DNA of 35,653 bases from the NCBI RefSeq assembly GCF_006345805.1, contig NW_021828055.1:1-35653 (forward strand), given 5' to 3'. Shown here in pieces: positions 22,557 to 34,096 of the stretch. Numbering within the stretch: the first letter of the stretch is position 1; each line of letters starts with the position of its first letter. The notes below the pieces were generated by a model that saw nothing but the letters and a program-made list of their open reading frames with translations, did not search any database and was not told where the DNA came from. The stretch comes from Octopus sinensis (taxonomy: Eukaryota). The translations under genes and the position numbers were made by a program.

Positions 22557-24670
22557 GAGAGAGAGTGAGAGAGAGAGTAAAAAAGTTTGGAATTGTTAGC
22601 ATTTGAAACTTCTTGGATTTCATTGCATATATCACTCCACCAATTTTCCTGCCTTGAAGTGTGTAGCCACTGTCCTGATTGCTGACAGGTCAATAATTTG
22701 CAACATGTTAAATGCCTTTTGCTTCTCCTCTAAGATAAAACTAACTTCTTCATCATTATAGTCAAACCAATCTCGGTGTCTTTTTTGCAACAAACCCAAG
22801 AATGTTACTACAAATCTTGTACACTCTTTCTTTGAATGACTTCCAGCTTCCACCACAGGACAAATTCCATCACAACTCCCATCACAAACTCATTGCGTAC
22901 TGATGGAGTCTTAAGTTTATTGACATCAATCCGATTAGGTAACATGTCATTATTTGCTCTAACCTTAGGCTTGAGAGCAAAATTCACCTTGGCACGCAAA
23001 AGCTTATGATCAATCAAGCACTCTGCACCACACATCAATCGTAGTATAGCAAAGCCCCTAGTACCTCGTTTCCTGGAGAGGATGTAATCTACAAGGTATC
23101 ATTTCTTAGAACCAGGGTGCATCCATGTTGTTTTACACTTACTCTTTCGTTGAAACATTGTATTCATGATACACAAATCCATCTCTACGCACATATATAA
23201 CAGTAATAAACAATTATTGTTGGAACTCCCAACGCTATGCTTTCCTAAGACACCCCAGGTCTACAAATCTGCACCAACGCGTGCATTAAAATCACCTAAA
23301 ATGACAACTTTGTCATCATGAGTAACGCTGCGTATAATCACTGTTAAGTGATAGATAGAAGGCAAGTTTATCATCTATATAAGATATAGGACAAGAGGAA
23401 AGCTGTTCAATCTCTCAAAGACTCTGCGCCAAAAGGAAAGATGATTGTGACCTGTTGGAACATTCCCAGAAAGATATGCAGCATATTGTGAATGCGATTT
23501 CTGCAGCATGTGCAGCATTTGGTCTAACGATCAATCTAAAAAAAAAAACTGTTATGAAGTACCAGCCCACTCCCACAAAATGTATGTGGAACCTTTTATA
23601 ACTGTGAATAGTCAAAGGCTGGAGGCTGCACCTAGACTTATTTATGTAGGAAGTACCTTGAGCGCTGCTGGTCTTCATGATAACATTTCATACAGAATCA
23701 GCAGGGCTAGAAGTGCTTTTGGTAGACTAGATAGTCGTCTGTGGAAACAACATAATATAAATTAAAGTTAAGGTATATAACACGTGCAACCGCCCATCTT
23801 TGTTATAGGGGAGTGAGGTGAGGCATGGGTTGTTTAATGTAGGCTTGTAAGTCATTGGAATGATACCATGAATACTGTCTGAGAAAAGGTTTGAGGATAA
23901 ACTGGAAAAATGGCCATGAGTAATGTGGCGCTGCTTGAGAGGAGTGGCAGTAGAAGTACAGATTCAAAGATTTTGTAAAAAACTTTGAGGTTGGAGTCGG
24001 GAGACATTTGGTAAGGATGAGTGATGAGCGACTACCCAAGCAGCTATTGTGTGGTGAGCTGGAAGACGGCAGGAGACCAGCACATAAGCCTAAACTAAGA
24101 TTTAAGGATTGCCTTAAGAATGCTCTAATAACAGACAGGAATTACAGCTGGTGATTGAGAGAGGGAGGCACAAGACCGCGATGGATGGAAGAAGATAGTG
24201 CATAATGGTTGTTCAAGGTTCGAGGGGGAGAGAATGAAGTATGAGATAATTAGAAGGGAGTTTAGAAGGAGGGAACCAGTGGAAAGTGAGAGAGTGTTGT
24301 TTTGTGTGTGTGTGTATGTAGTGTGTGTGTGTGTGGTGTGTGTGTGTGTGGTGTGTGTGTGCGGTTTGTGGGAAGAGGTGTTTGACTCGTGCAGGCCTGG
24401 TGAGCCATCAAAAATCTTACAGGAATCGACCCATGATAAACAGTGATGTGGCTATTAAAATTCACAACGGAACATGTGTAAAATGTGGAAGAGAGTGCCT
24501 CTCATCTGGAGGTCTGGAAAGACACGTTAAGAGAGTGAATATGGTGGCACCTGTTTCTGCTGCCAGCCAGCACAGTTGTGCAGTATGTAATAAAATGTGT
24601 AAAAGTTTGGTTGGGCTTAAAAGTCATATAAGCGCATCACATGGCATCAACAATGAATCATTTCAGTAAG
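20411..24670 (+). mobile_element. Near full-length degenerate RTE LINE with internal inversion of 21655-23389
   Basis: Plus strand carries the leader and APE start (NIGCWNVR, RPERRSALV, AYA). Minus strand 23389-21672 carries the APE end (GDFNARV, WMHPGSKKW) through RT (DLTKAFDS). Plus strand resumes at IYIRYRTRGKLFNL, DDCD, HLVRMSDERLPKQLL. Confidence 0.9.
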
Positions 24671-24810
24671 TCTTTTTGGAAATGGCTTTTCTCGTGTAAC
24701 GAGGGTGCAGCTATGATGTATGTATGTATGTATGTATGTTGTATGTATGTAGTATGTATGTATGTATGTATGTATGTATGTATGTATGTATGTATGCATG
24801 AATGCATGTA

Positions 24811-24878
<68 letters not shown>

Positions 24879-24899
24879 ATTGTATGTGACAATTATTTG

Positions 24900-26855
24900 C
24901 TAGCCGTGATAAAAATTCGAGTTTCGGATGTCGGGGTGGAAAGCCACGCCGCCATCTCTTCAGTTATCCGGCCATCAGAAGAAATGCTATGAAAATAACC
25001 GTTAAACAAAGGGCAATTACTGTGTGATTGACCGTTATTAAGACAAAAGAGTTATTTGAATGACCGCTAAGTGAGGGGAGGGAGTAAAAGTAAGGGGGTA
25101 AAATGTTCATAGTATTCGCGTAAGCGCGTATGTCCATACCTACACATGCGCGTCCGCACACCCACGCACATGCACCTATAAGTATACACTCATTCACCCT
25201 CACTTGAAACGTACACATTCTCACCCACACCATTCGCCATACACACATGCGCACCAACTATGTTCGTACACACATCTATATACGCACATACCCGTATGCA
25301 CGCACACACACGCGTCTATATACGCACATACTCGCATGCACGCACACACACACATCTATATATGCACATATCAACACACACGCACACATCTATACGCACG
25401 CACAAACGATTCCATATACACGTCTATATACGCACAGGTAAAATGCAAGGTGGAAGGTAGAATAAGGAAAAATTATGAGTAAAAAATATATGAGCAATAA
25501 ACCTATAAAACTATCTCTATAGATATGTAAAATATACGTATAAAAGATATATAAATATATATAAAAATACATAAGAAATATAAGTAAAAATTATAAAGAG
25601 ATAAAAAGCTTGTACGTGAACACAATATAGAAAGCAAGTCCTATCTTTAATCTCGGCAGGACCAAAAATGTAACAAGTATTGAACCACGTATGGGCATGA
25701 TCTGAAAAGTTCAATTCTTGAATTCAGACATGTAGCGGGGTCTAAGCTGCTTTTCCAGATGAGCCATCTTTCCATATCACAAACAAGACCACACTTTCCA
25801 CTGCCGTTGGTGTAGGGTTTAAACTTGGCTAAGATCTTCTAATGGATGTTGTAACTGACACCTTTATCCTTTAATGACCATATATGACTGGATAATTTGG
25901 TCGTTTTCCTTTTATCCCAGTGCCTGAAGCTCAAGGTGTGATTATCGAACCTGGCCTTGAAACAACCCTCTGTAAGGCCCACGTATTTCTTCGGCGAAAC
26001 CGTGTCCTTAGTGGATATAGATTCCACGGTGGCTTCATAAATGATGGTCTCGGTCATGCAAGCTCCATTTAGCGGGCACAAATTTTTATCCCTGCATGAA
26101 CAGCTGGTTTTGTATTGTGATTTTTGTGGGTTGTGTGCGATTATATTTTTAAAATTGGTAGTTGAGCTGAAACTGATTTTTAAGTTATGTCTATTGAAGA
26201 GCTTTCTGTAAGTATGGTTGACTGGAACATGTCTATCAGTGCTAAGAATTCTTGCCTATATTGAAGCTCACCTCGGGTGAGTAGGGGTGTGTGAACCAGA
26301 TAGTTTTCCTATTTCTATGTTTCCTCTTTATTATTGGACTGGTGGCAGGTTTTTTTATTTCCTCGCCAAAACCATTATCTTTTATATCTTTTATCTTTTC
26401 AAACGCTATTAAAAATGTCCCTATCGGAGGAGAGGCTAGAAAATCTTTTGCTAAAGTTTTTAACTAAATTTTTAAACAGTACGGGGGGGATGGCAAGAAT
26501 CCACATTAACATATCTAAGTCTATCGTTGGGCTTCCTATAAGGCTTATAAATGTTCTTATTTAGATCTAAGGATACACCTAGGAAATTGACAACCGCCAG
26601 GTTGGTGTCTGTAGTCATGCTAAGTGTCTGTAGTCATGCTAAGTCTGTAGTTATGCTAAGTCATGCTAAGATAACGTCCTTCCTAAACCGATCCTGTGCT
26701 GGTCCTTTGGTATTAGCAGTTAAGGCGAGGGCATCATCTTTGTAAATGGCGAAGTATACGTCAGGAAAGATCTTGCCCAACGTATCAAGTAGGAATAGTC
26801 CAATAAGATAGCAAAGAGATACACCAATAATAAAAATAAAAATACATCGCATCAA
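24900..26855 (-). mobile_element. Penelope-like element 2 (5'-truncated, degenerate): RT C-terminus, GIY-YIG and 3' repeat
   Basis: IYKDDAL, VNFLGVSLDL, YKPYRKPND, CPLNGAC..IIYEATV..KYVGLTE..FKARFDNH..SF. Confidence 0.85.
24908..24968 (-). ncRNA. Degenerate type I hammerhead ribozyme motif at the 3' end of PLE 2
   Basis: GAUAA-CUGAAGA-long stem II-GAAA-CUCGAA-UUU-UUAUC. Stem II register and stem III each have a defect. Confidence 0.45.
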
Positions 26856-28588
26856 AGTCTTGAACGATAGTATACAAATCGCACATAGAACTGGATGCGG
26901 ATATAAATGTTACGGCAAAACGATCGGCCACCTTTTATATATGGATGACCTAAAACTATACGCTGCAAATGACAAACAGCTGGAAACACTATTAAAGACA
27001 GTTCATGGATTTACCAAAGAAATAGATATGAAATTGGATTAGAAAAATGCGCCAAAGTAACCATGAAAAGAGGAAAACTAGTTAAGAGTAGCAACATCAC
27101 ACTAGATAAAACCAATGAAATAAAAGAATTAGACCAAGCCAAACTTACAAATACTTAGTGAATCCATGAACTAGATAAGACACAACACACGCAAATGAAA
27201 GAGAAACTAAAAAAGAATATTATAGACGAGTTAGATCAATACTAAAAACAGAGCTCAATGCTAAAAACAAAATAATAGGTATTAACACTTTAGCTGTCCC
27301 AGTTATAAGTTACAGCTACAATATCCTTAACTGGACACTAAATGAACTGACCAAAATAGATAGGAAAACAAGAAAAATAATGACAGGATCTAGGATGCAT
27401 CACCCAAAATCTGACATAGAAAGACTATATATACAACGTATAGAAGGTGGTAGGGGCCTTATACAGCTGGAAAACTATTATAAAATAACCACCATAGGAC
27501 TGCAAAAATATCTACTTCAGAAGGAAGGAAGACTGATACAAATAGCGGCAAAACACGAGCAAAAAACTGTTCTCAGTATTTAAGGAAGCTGACAAATACA
27601 AACAGGAAATCATACACCTAATAAATATGAAGAAGAAGAAGAGAAGAAGAAGATGAAGAAACAACAAAAGCTATAAAACAAATGAAATCCAAACTAAAAT
27701 AGAACAGCAACGAACCATGATAAAACGATGGCAAGAAAAGCCCTTCATGGTAAATACTGGACTAAACTAAACGCAAAAGAAATAGACAAAGAAAAATCCC
27801 AGCAATGGTTGAGAAGCTCAGGACTCAAAGCAGAGACAGAGGGATTTTTAATTGCAGCACAAGACCAAAGCCTCCCCACCAGAAATTACCAAAACATGTA
27901 ATGAAAAGAAATATTTCAAGTAACTGCAGAATATGTGGAGATGGACAAGAAACAATAAATCATATTATCTCTAGCTGCCCAGTCCTGGCTAAGAAGGAAT
28001 ATATTCACAGACATGACAGAGTTGGAACCTACATACATTGGAAGCTATGCCAACATTATGGAATAACAACAGAAAAAAGATGGTATAGGCACACACCAGA
28101 AAAGGTCACAGAAAACGAGAAAGCAACCATACTCTGGGATATGCCGATACACACAGATAGAGAAATTAAGGCCAACAGACCAGGTATAGTTGTCAGAGAT
28201 CATGAAGAAAAAAAATGCTTTCTAATTGATGTATCAATACCGGCAGATGACAACGTGTCTATAAAAGAAATTTAGAAACTCTCAAAATACAAAGACCTGG
28301 AAATAGAGGTAACTAGAATGTGGAATCTGAAAACAGAAACAATTCCTATCATAGTAGGTGCATTAGGCATGATAAAAAAATAATCAGACAAATACATAAC
28401 AAAAACACCAGGACTTACAAACACATATAACGTACAGAAAATTGCACTACTAGGCACTGCACACATCCTACGCAGAACACTTTCCATACAATAACCATCA
28501 GAGCATCACAACAAATCACAGCACATACCCAAGGCACACAGAGCTGCGCTAGGTAGTGAAGTGAAAGCACGCTATAAAAATAAAACTA

Positions 28589-28640
<52 letters not shown>

Positions 28641-28663
28641 TATAATAATAATAATAATAATAA
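26856..28663 (+). mobile_element. 5'-truncated R4/Dong-like LINE (RT end, CCHC knuckle, restriction-like endonuclease) with (TAA)n tail
   Basis: HLLYMDDLKL, GGRGLIQL, CRICGDGQETINHIISSC, RHDRV, WDMPIHTD..NRPG..LIDVSIP, KYKDL, KIALLGTAHILRR. Stop ends at 28494. (TAA)n at about 28592-28663. Confidence 0.92.
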
Positions 28664-28715
28664 CAACATTGAAAAATACCTTAGGAATGAGAACCCAGGT
28701 TCGAAATTTCCCCAA

Positions 28716-28761
28716 GACACCTGATGAAGGCTGGAGAGTATATCAGCCGAAACGTTGTGTT
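28716..28761 (+). ncRNA. Minimal type I hammerhead ribozyme with canonical core
   Basis: GACAC-CUGAUGA-A-GGCUG(10-nt loop)CAGCC-GAAA-CG-UU^GUGUU. Stem I GACAC/GUGUU and palindromic ACGU stem III. One extra A precedes stem II. Confidence 0.7.
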
Positions 28762-28970
28762 AACAAGAAACAAGATGAGGACAAATATCCGTCAAATGTA
28801 AATAATGTAGAAAATACAATAAAAGTGTAAACACGTAAAACTATATGAATACAATAATATTGTAAAATTCCGGTTTCTTTCGGGTAAACCCTCATATGTG
28901 TATATATATATATATATGAAAAAACAAGTAAAAAATAGAAAATGCTAAAATAATTTTATAGTGAACATTT

Positions 28971-29008
28971 CAGTACCGGTTTCGGTCATTTTGAGACCTT
29001 TTCAACTG
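28971..29008 (-). ncRNA. Minimal type I hammerhead ribozyme, U3-A8 core variant, in the 3' repeat of PLE 1
   Basis: CAG-UUGAAAA-GGUC(ucaaaau)GACC-GAAA-CCGG-UA^CUG. Confidence 0.7.
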
Positions 29009-29727
29009 TAACGATTAAATAATTAAATTTAGAAAAATTAGAAGAAATGTTTTTTTAAAAGAATATTTCTATAGTAGTGTTCAGATTTAAGTGGCATTCT
29101 GCCTTTCTCTGACTCCCTTGTTTGCACTTGTGTGTTCGAGGTAGTTGTGAGTTCTTGGTAGGGTAGTAGAGGGAAGGCTGGTGAGGAAAGGGGGGTGGGA
29201 GAATCTGGGAGTGCCCTGATGGTCGTATTTTGAATGGTCAGTGGCGGCTGGCAGTCTCAGTTCAATTCAGGAGAATATTTATATTGACAGGCTTGTTTAT
29301 AGAATTAGCGTAGGTGTTATACTAAAAAACATTAGTGACAAACTTAAGGGGTAGGGGGTGGAGAAGAAGAAGAAGAAGAAGAAGAAGGAGAAGGAGAAGG
29401 AGAAGGAGAAGATGACGATGATGGTGATGGTGGTGATGATTATGACGATGATGATGATAACGATGATGATGAAGAAGAAGAAGAAGAAGAAGGAGGAGAA
29501 GGAGAAGATGGTGGTGATGATGGTGGCGATGATGATGACGCCGATGATGATGATAACGATGATGATGAAGAAGAAGAGGAAGAAGAAGAAGAAGAAAAAA
29601 CAGAGGAGGGAGAATATGAATGGGTGTAAATATAGCTATGAAGGGGCTGATTAGTAATGGATTCTATGGAGTGTAGTATTTGTGTGTGTATATATATATT
29701 TTTCTTTTATTCTAAAGTTGAGGTATA

Positions 29728-32178
29728 TTAATTGTTTGTCGTAGACCCGTTAAGAAGTGGCTTGTATTTTGTAATAAAGAGATTTTCTTTACTTATTCTT
29801 TGTCTCGAGGTTGTATCGTCCCTAAATTGGTAGAGGGGGAAAATTCTGAAGTTTGGTGTTTTTTTGTTGGCGCAAGTATCTATGTGTTGGCTAAAAGCTA
29901 TTTTTCTGTTTTGGGGAATTTTTATCTGGGATCTGTGCAGGGCCATTCGTTTACGCAAACCATTTTTTGTTTGGCCTATGTACTGCTCTTGACACCCGGA
30001 GCAGGTTAGTGAGTATATTAGGTTCTCCGAAGCACATGTGAAGTTGCTTTTCACTGTAAACCGTTGTCCCTGTTTGAAGGAGAACTCAGAACCCTCGATT
30101 AGATAGTCGCATATCCCGCAATTGGGTCTTCCACATTTTTTTACTGTCGGCTTCTGTGTTGAAGAGTGAATTCGGGCTTGTGTAAGGAGACTTTTCATGG
30201 ATCTAGGCTGTCTTTTGCTTTTTATGATCGTGTGTGTTTGGAGGATTGTGTTCATTCTGTGGTCTTTTTTTAGGAGGGGTATGTTGTGGAGGATGGTGTC
30301 GAAGGCTTCGTTATTGAGAGGGTTTGTGTGGAGATGTATGGTAAGGCTTTTGGTTGTAAGTTTTTCTTTGATTTGGGATGTCTCAGTTCCTTGATGTTAA
30401 GTTGAAGGGCACGTTGAATGCACTTGTCAATAAGTGAAGGTGGATAGTTCCTGGTGATTAGGGTATCTTTTAGTTCTTGTAGTCGTGTGTCTCTAGTGTT
30501 TGCGTTAGAGACTATAGTGCATATCCTTTTTGCTAGATTGAAGGGGATATTCATCCTGGTGTGTCTGGGGTGGCATGAATTGAATGGAAGATATTGCTTA
30601 GAGTCTGTAGGCTTATAGTATATGTCTGTTTCTATTATATTATTAGCTTTCTTAATGAGGATATCGAGGAAGGGGAGTTGTTGTTGGCTATATTCCATCG
30701 TGAATTGGATGTTTACGTCCAGTCCGTTTAAAATTTTCTGGAATTCTATGAGTTTTTCTATATTTTTATGCCAAAGGATGAAACAGTCATCTAGATATCT
30801 CTTCCAGTTGTTTTCTATGTAGATGGAGAAAGGGCTGCCATATCTTTCTAGAACCTTACGATACAGACTGATCTCTAGGTATCCTATGACTAGGTTGGCA
30901 AAGGAGGGGGCCATTTGTGTACCCATCGCAGTCCCCGATTTTTGTCGGTAGAAGTTGTCATTGAAGGCGAAGAAGTTATTTTCCAGGATGAATTAACCCC
31001 TTCTATCACAAATTCTTTTTTGATGCGGTGTGGTAGTTCGTTGGCGTGATTCTCTAGCCAGAATTGGATTGCTTCTAGTCCTAGGTTGTGGGGGATATTG
31101 GAGTAGAGGTTGACTACATCGAAGGATACCAGTATGGTGTTTTTGTTTATAGTATTCGGTAGGTGATTGAGCATATCTAAGTCGTCCCTTATATAGCTTT
31201 TGACATGTTTGAGGAGTGGTTTTAACAGGGTGTCTAAAAAGTTACTGAGGCGGTGGGTTTCGCATGCGGGACCTGCTATTATGGGTCTCAATTTGAGGTC
31301 ATTAGGATTAGGGACTTTAATTATTTTGTCTGTAGCTATCTTGCATGCGTTGCTTATTTTTTCACTTTTGTGGATCTTAGGTATACCGTAGAATTGGCTA
31401 GTTTTACTTGTGAAATTGGTCATATAATCATATTCTTTGTCGGTGAGCCCTGCTTTGTATGGATTTAATATGGATTTTAGTTCCCTCATTATTTTTTGTT
31501 GACTGTAGTTTTGTGCCTTTTCATAGTATGTTGTGTCTTCCAGCATAGAAAGTACCAAAGTTATGTAAAATGTCGTATCCATTAAGACAACAGCACTCCC
31601 TTTATCGGCCTCTTTGATTGTTATTGTTTTATCTAGTTTTAATTTGTTCAACTCAGCCCATTCTTTTTTGCTGAAGTTTGGTTTGTGTTTTTGTTTGTGC
31701 ATATGTTGATATGGGTAATTTGATATGTGGTCACAGAAATCATCAAGTGTTTTATTCTTACCTTTCGAGGGGGTGTAGTTACTCCTATTTCTGGCTAACG
31801 ATTCGTCCTCGTTGTATTTATCGTATAGCTCCTCAGTAAGTCTTAATTTTCTGCAGAATTCTGCGATGTCTTCTTTCATTTCATTGTAGTTGGGGTGTTG
31901 TGGGGTGGGTGTAAACTTGAGTCCTTTGGAAAGTATGTTTATTTGGTTTGCTGTTAGTTCCTTGTGAGTTAGATTAATAATTTTTATTACTTTTGGTTCC
32001 TCCTGCTTGTTTGGTGCTATCTTGTGTCTCTGTGTTTGCGTATTGGGTCTAAAAAATGAATGCGGTGGTTGGGACGGTAGCTAGTATATAGTTGTTCTTT
32101 GTTGATTAGGGGTCTCCTGTTGTGATTTATGGTCTGTGTTCTTGGAGCAGTATTGAGGAGAGCATCCCGATATCCCAT
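29728..32178 (-). mobile_element. Penelope-like element 1: near-intact RT + GIY-YIG ORF (about 817 aa if three 1-nt deletions are restored)
   Basis: LSKGLKFTPTP, LRPIIAG, SFDVVNLYSNIP, GTAMGTQMAPSFANL, RYLDDCF, PFLDI, YSLTCSGCQEQYIGQT. No in-frame stops. Each frame change is +1 (near 32053, 30993, 30324). Confidence 0.93.
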
Positions 32179-32189
32179 ATTCGGGTGTG

Positions 32190-32265
<76 letters not shown>

Positions 32266-33030
32266 TGTGTGTGTGCGTGTGTGTGTCTGAGTGTGTATGT
32301 GTATATGTCTGTGTCTGTGTGCATAAAATAAAGTTCACAATGGAAAAGTGGTATAGCAATTAATTATTTATTTCTCCTAATATCTATAAAGTTCACAAAA
32401 GATTAATAAGTAAATAAAATATCCGACACATCTTTCAGCTAATTTACCAAGAGCATATCCGTTTATGATTATATAATTAAATGATTCAATAATTAAATAA
32501 TTAATCAATACAATGCATTTAGGAAAACAGCTTCATCAGGGAACTTAAGAGAAAGTTCCTTGTTACGACATTTTGGTAAATAAAAATAACGCAAATCTCT
32601 ATTAAACCGTTAGGAGCATTTTCGCTGTCAGGAATCTGTGTAGGAGGTAGATAGAATACACTTCAAACAAAATGACTAATTTAAATTATTACGCTTAGCA
32701 ATAGTATACAAACAAAAACTGCATGACATTATGTTCCGTAAACCGAATCTTCTTTACTAATTGTTAACCTTACTTTAATTATAGTACATGTTAATATTTC
32801 TAAATTCTACTTTATATAGTTGTCTATATAAATATGATTTACATATATCGACAACTAAACCCCCACTCATAGACATAAACATAAATACACACAGACACAT
32901 ATACATATACATAAATTCATGCATACATACACACCCATTCAGACACATATACACCCATAAATACACATATATACACATATATGCATATACATATATAAAT
33001 GCATATATATACATATATATATATATATAT

Positions 33031-33094
<64 letters not shown>

Positions 33095-33326
33095 GGAAAA
33101 AAGTCAAGATAGAAGATGCTAAAATAATTTTATAAAAAACATTTCAGTACCGGTTTCGTTCATTGAGACTTTTTCAGCTGCAAGTATGGAAATTTGGAAA
33201 AAATTAAATGAAAAGTATTTTAAAAGAATATTTGCATAGTATTCAAATACAAGAGGCATTTTCCTTGTTTCTGCCTGTCTCTGTCTCCCTTGTTTACACT
33301 TGTGGGTTCGAGGTCGAAACCACAAG
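33095..33326 (-). mobile_element. Diverged PLE terminal-repeat (pLTR-like) copy with hammerhead remnant (33145-33180) and terminal foldback
   Basis: Aligns with about 28925-29140. Core reads CUGAAAA...GAAACCGGUA. Hairpin cttgtgggttcga-gg-tcgaaaccacaag at 33299-33326. Confidence 0.7.
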
Positions 33327-33383
33327 AGTAAGCAAGAGAGACAGAGATTGACTTGATCTTCTCTCTCTCTCTCTTTCTCTCTC

Positions 33384-33424
<41 letters not shown>

Positions 33425-34096
33425 TATATATAGTAGTCGTCATGATTCCTTATGTGTTTAAATATACAATATGTAGTATGACTAATATATAGTCTTTTTG
33501 ACTAATTGTTTTACACGTTAGACCACTGGAAATGTAAATTTTGATTAAATGTTTATAATTTTAATTAAATTCTATTTCCCTTTTATATGATTATATATAC
33601 ATCATTGTCAGATCATTAACCTTTATCAAGTTAGATTCAGAACAAAGGCATATTTCTAAATATAGAACCAATATACATATTAGAAAATTCTGAATATACA
33701 AAATATATTTAAATATTAATTTGAACATTAACCTCATCATTTATATAATAATAATTGATACATCATTTACCAGCCAATCAAGAACGTTCAATATAACTTT
33801 CACATGTTTTGTCAAACAACAGAAATATATGATTTATTATATGACGCTCAACTAGTGCAAAGATTGTATGTCAACAACATATATGGCTATACAGACATAA
33901 GCACATGTACATAGACACACACACACACACACACACATATACAAAAGTATAGCTATACCTATACACACACACACACTCATCCTCATCTTCAGAGATACAT
34001 AGAGACATAGACAGAGATATACATACACAGTAAAACAATGAATCAATGGCTAGTTATTGTACGTTATTAATTTGTTTTTGTTGTGAGCATGGTTTC

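Noticed and set aside
32425-32555. Minus-strand CTGATGA...AGCT GAAA with an upstream GGAACT/AGTTCC hairpin, a possible type III hammerhead
   Set aside because: No UH directly before stem I, no stem III partner for the bases after GAAA, and a ~90-nt AT-rich stem II loop.
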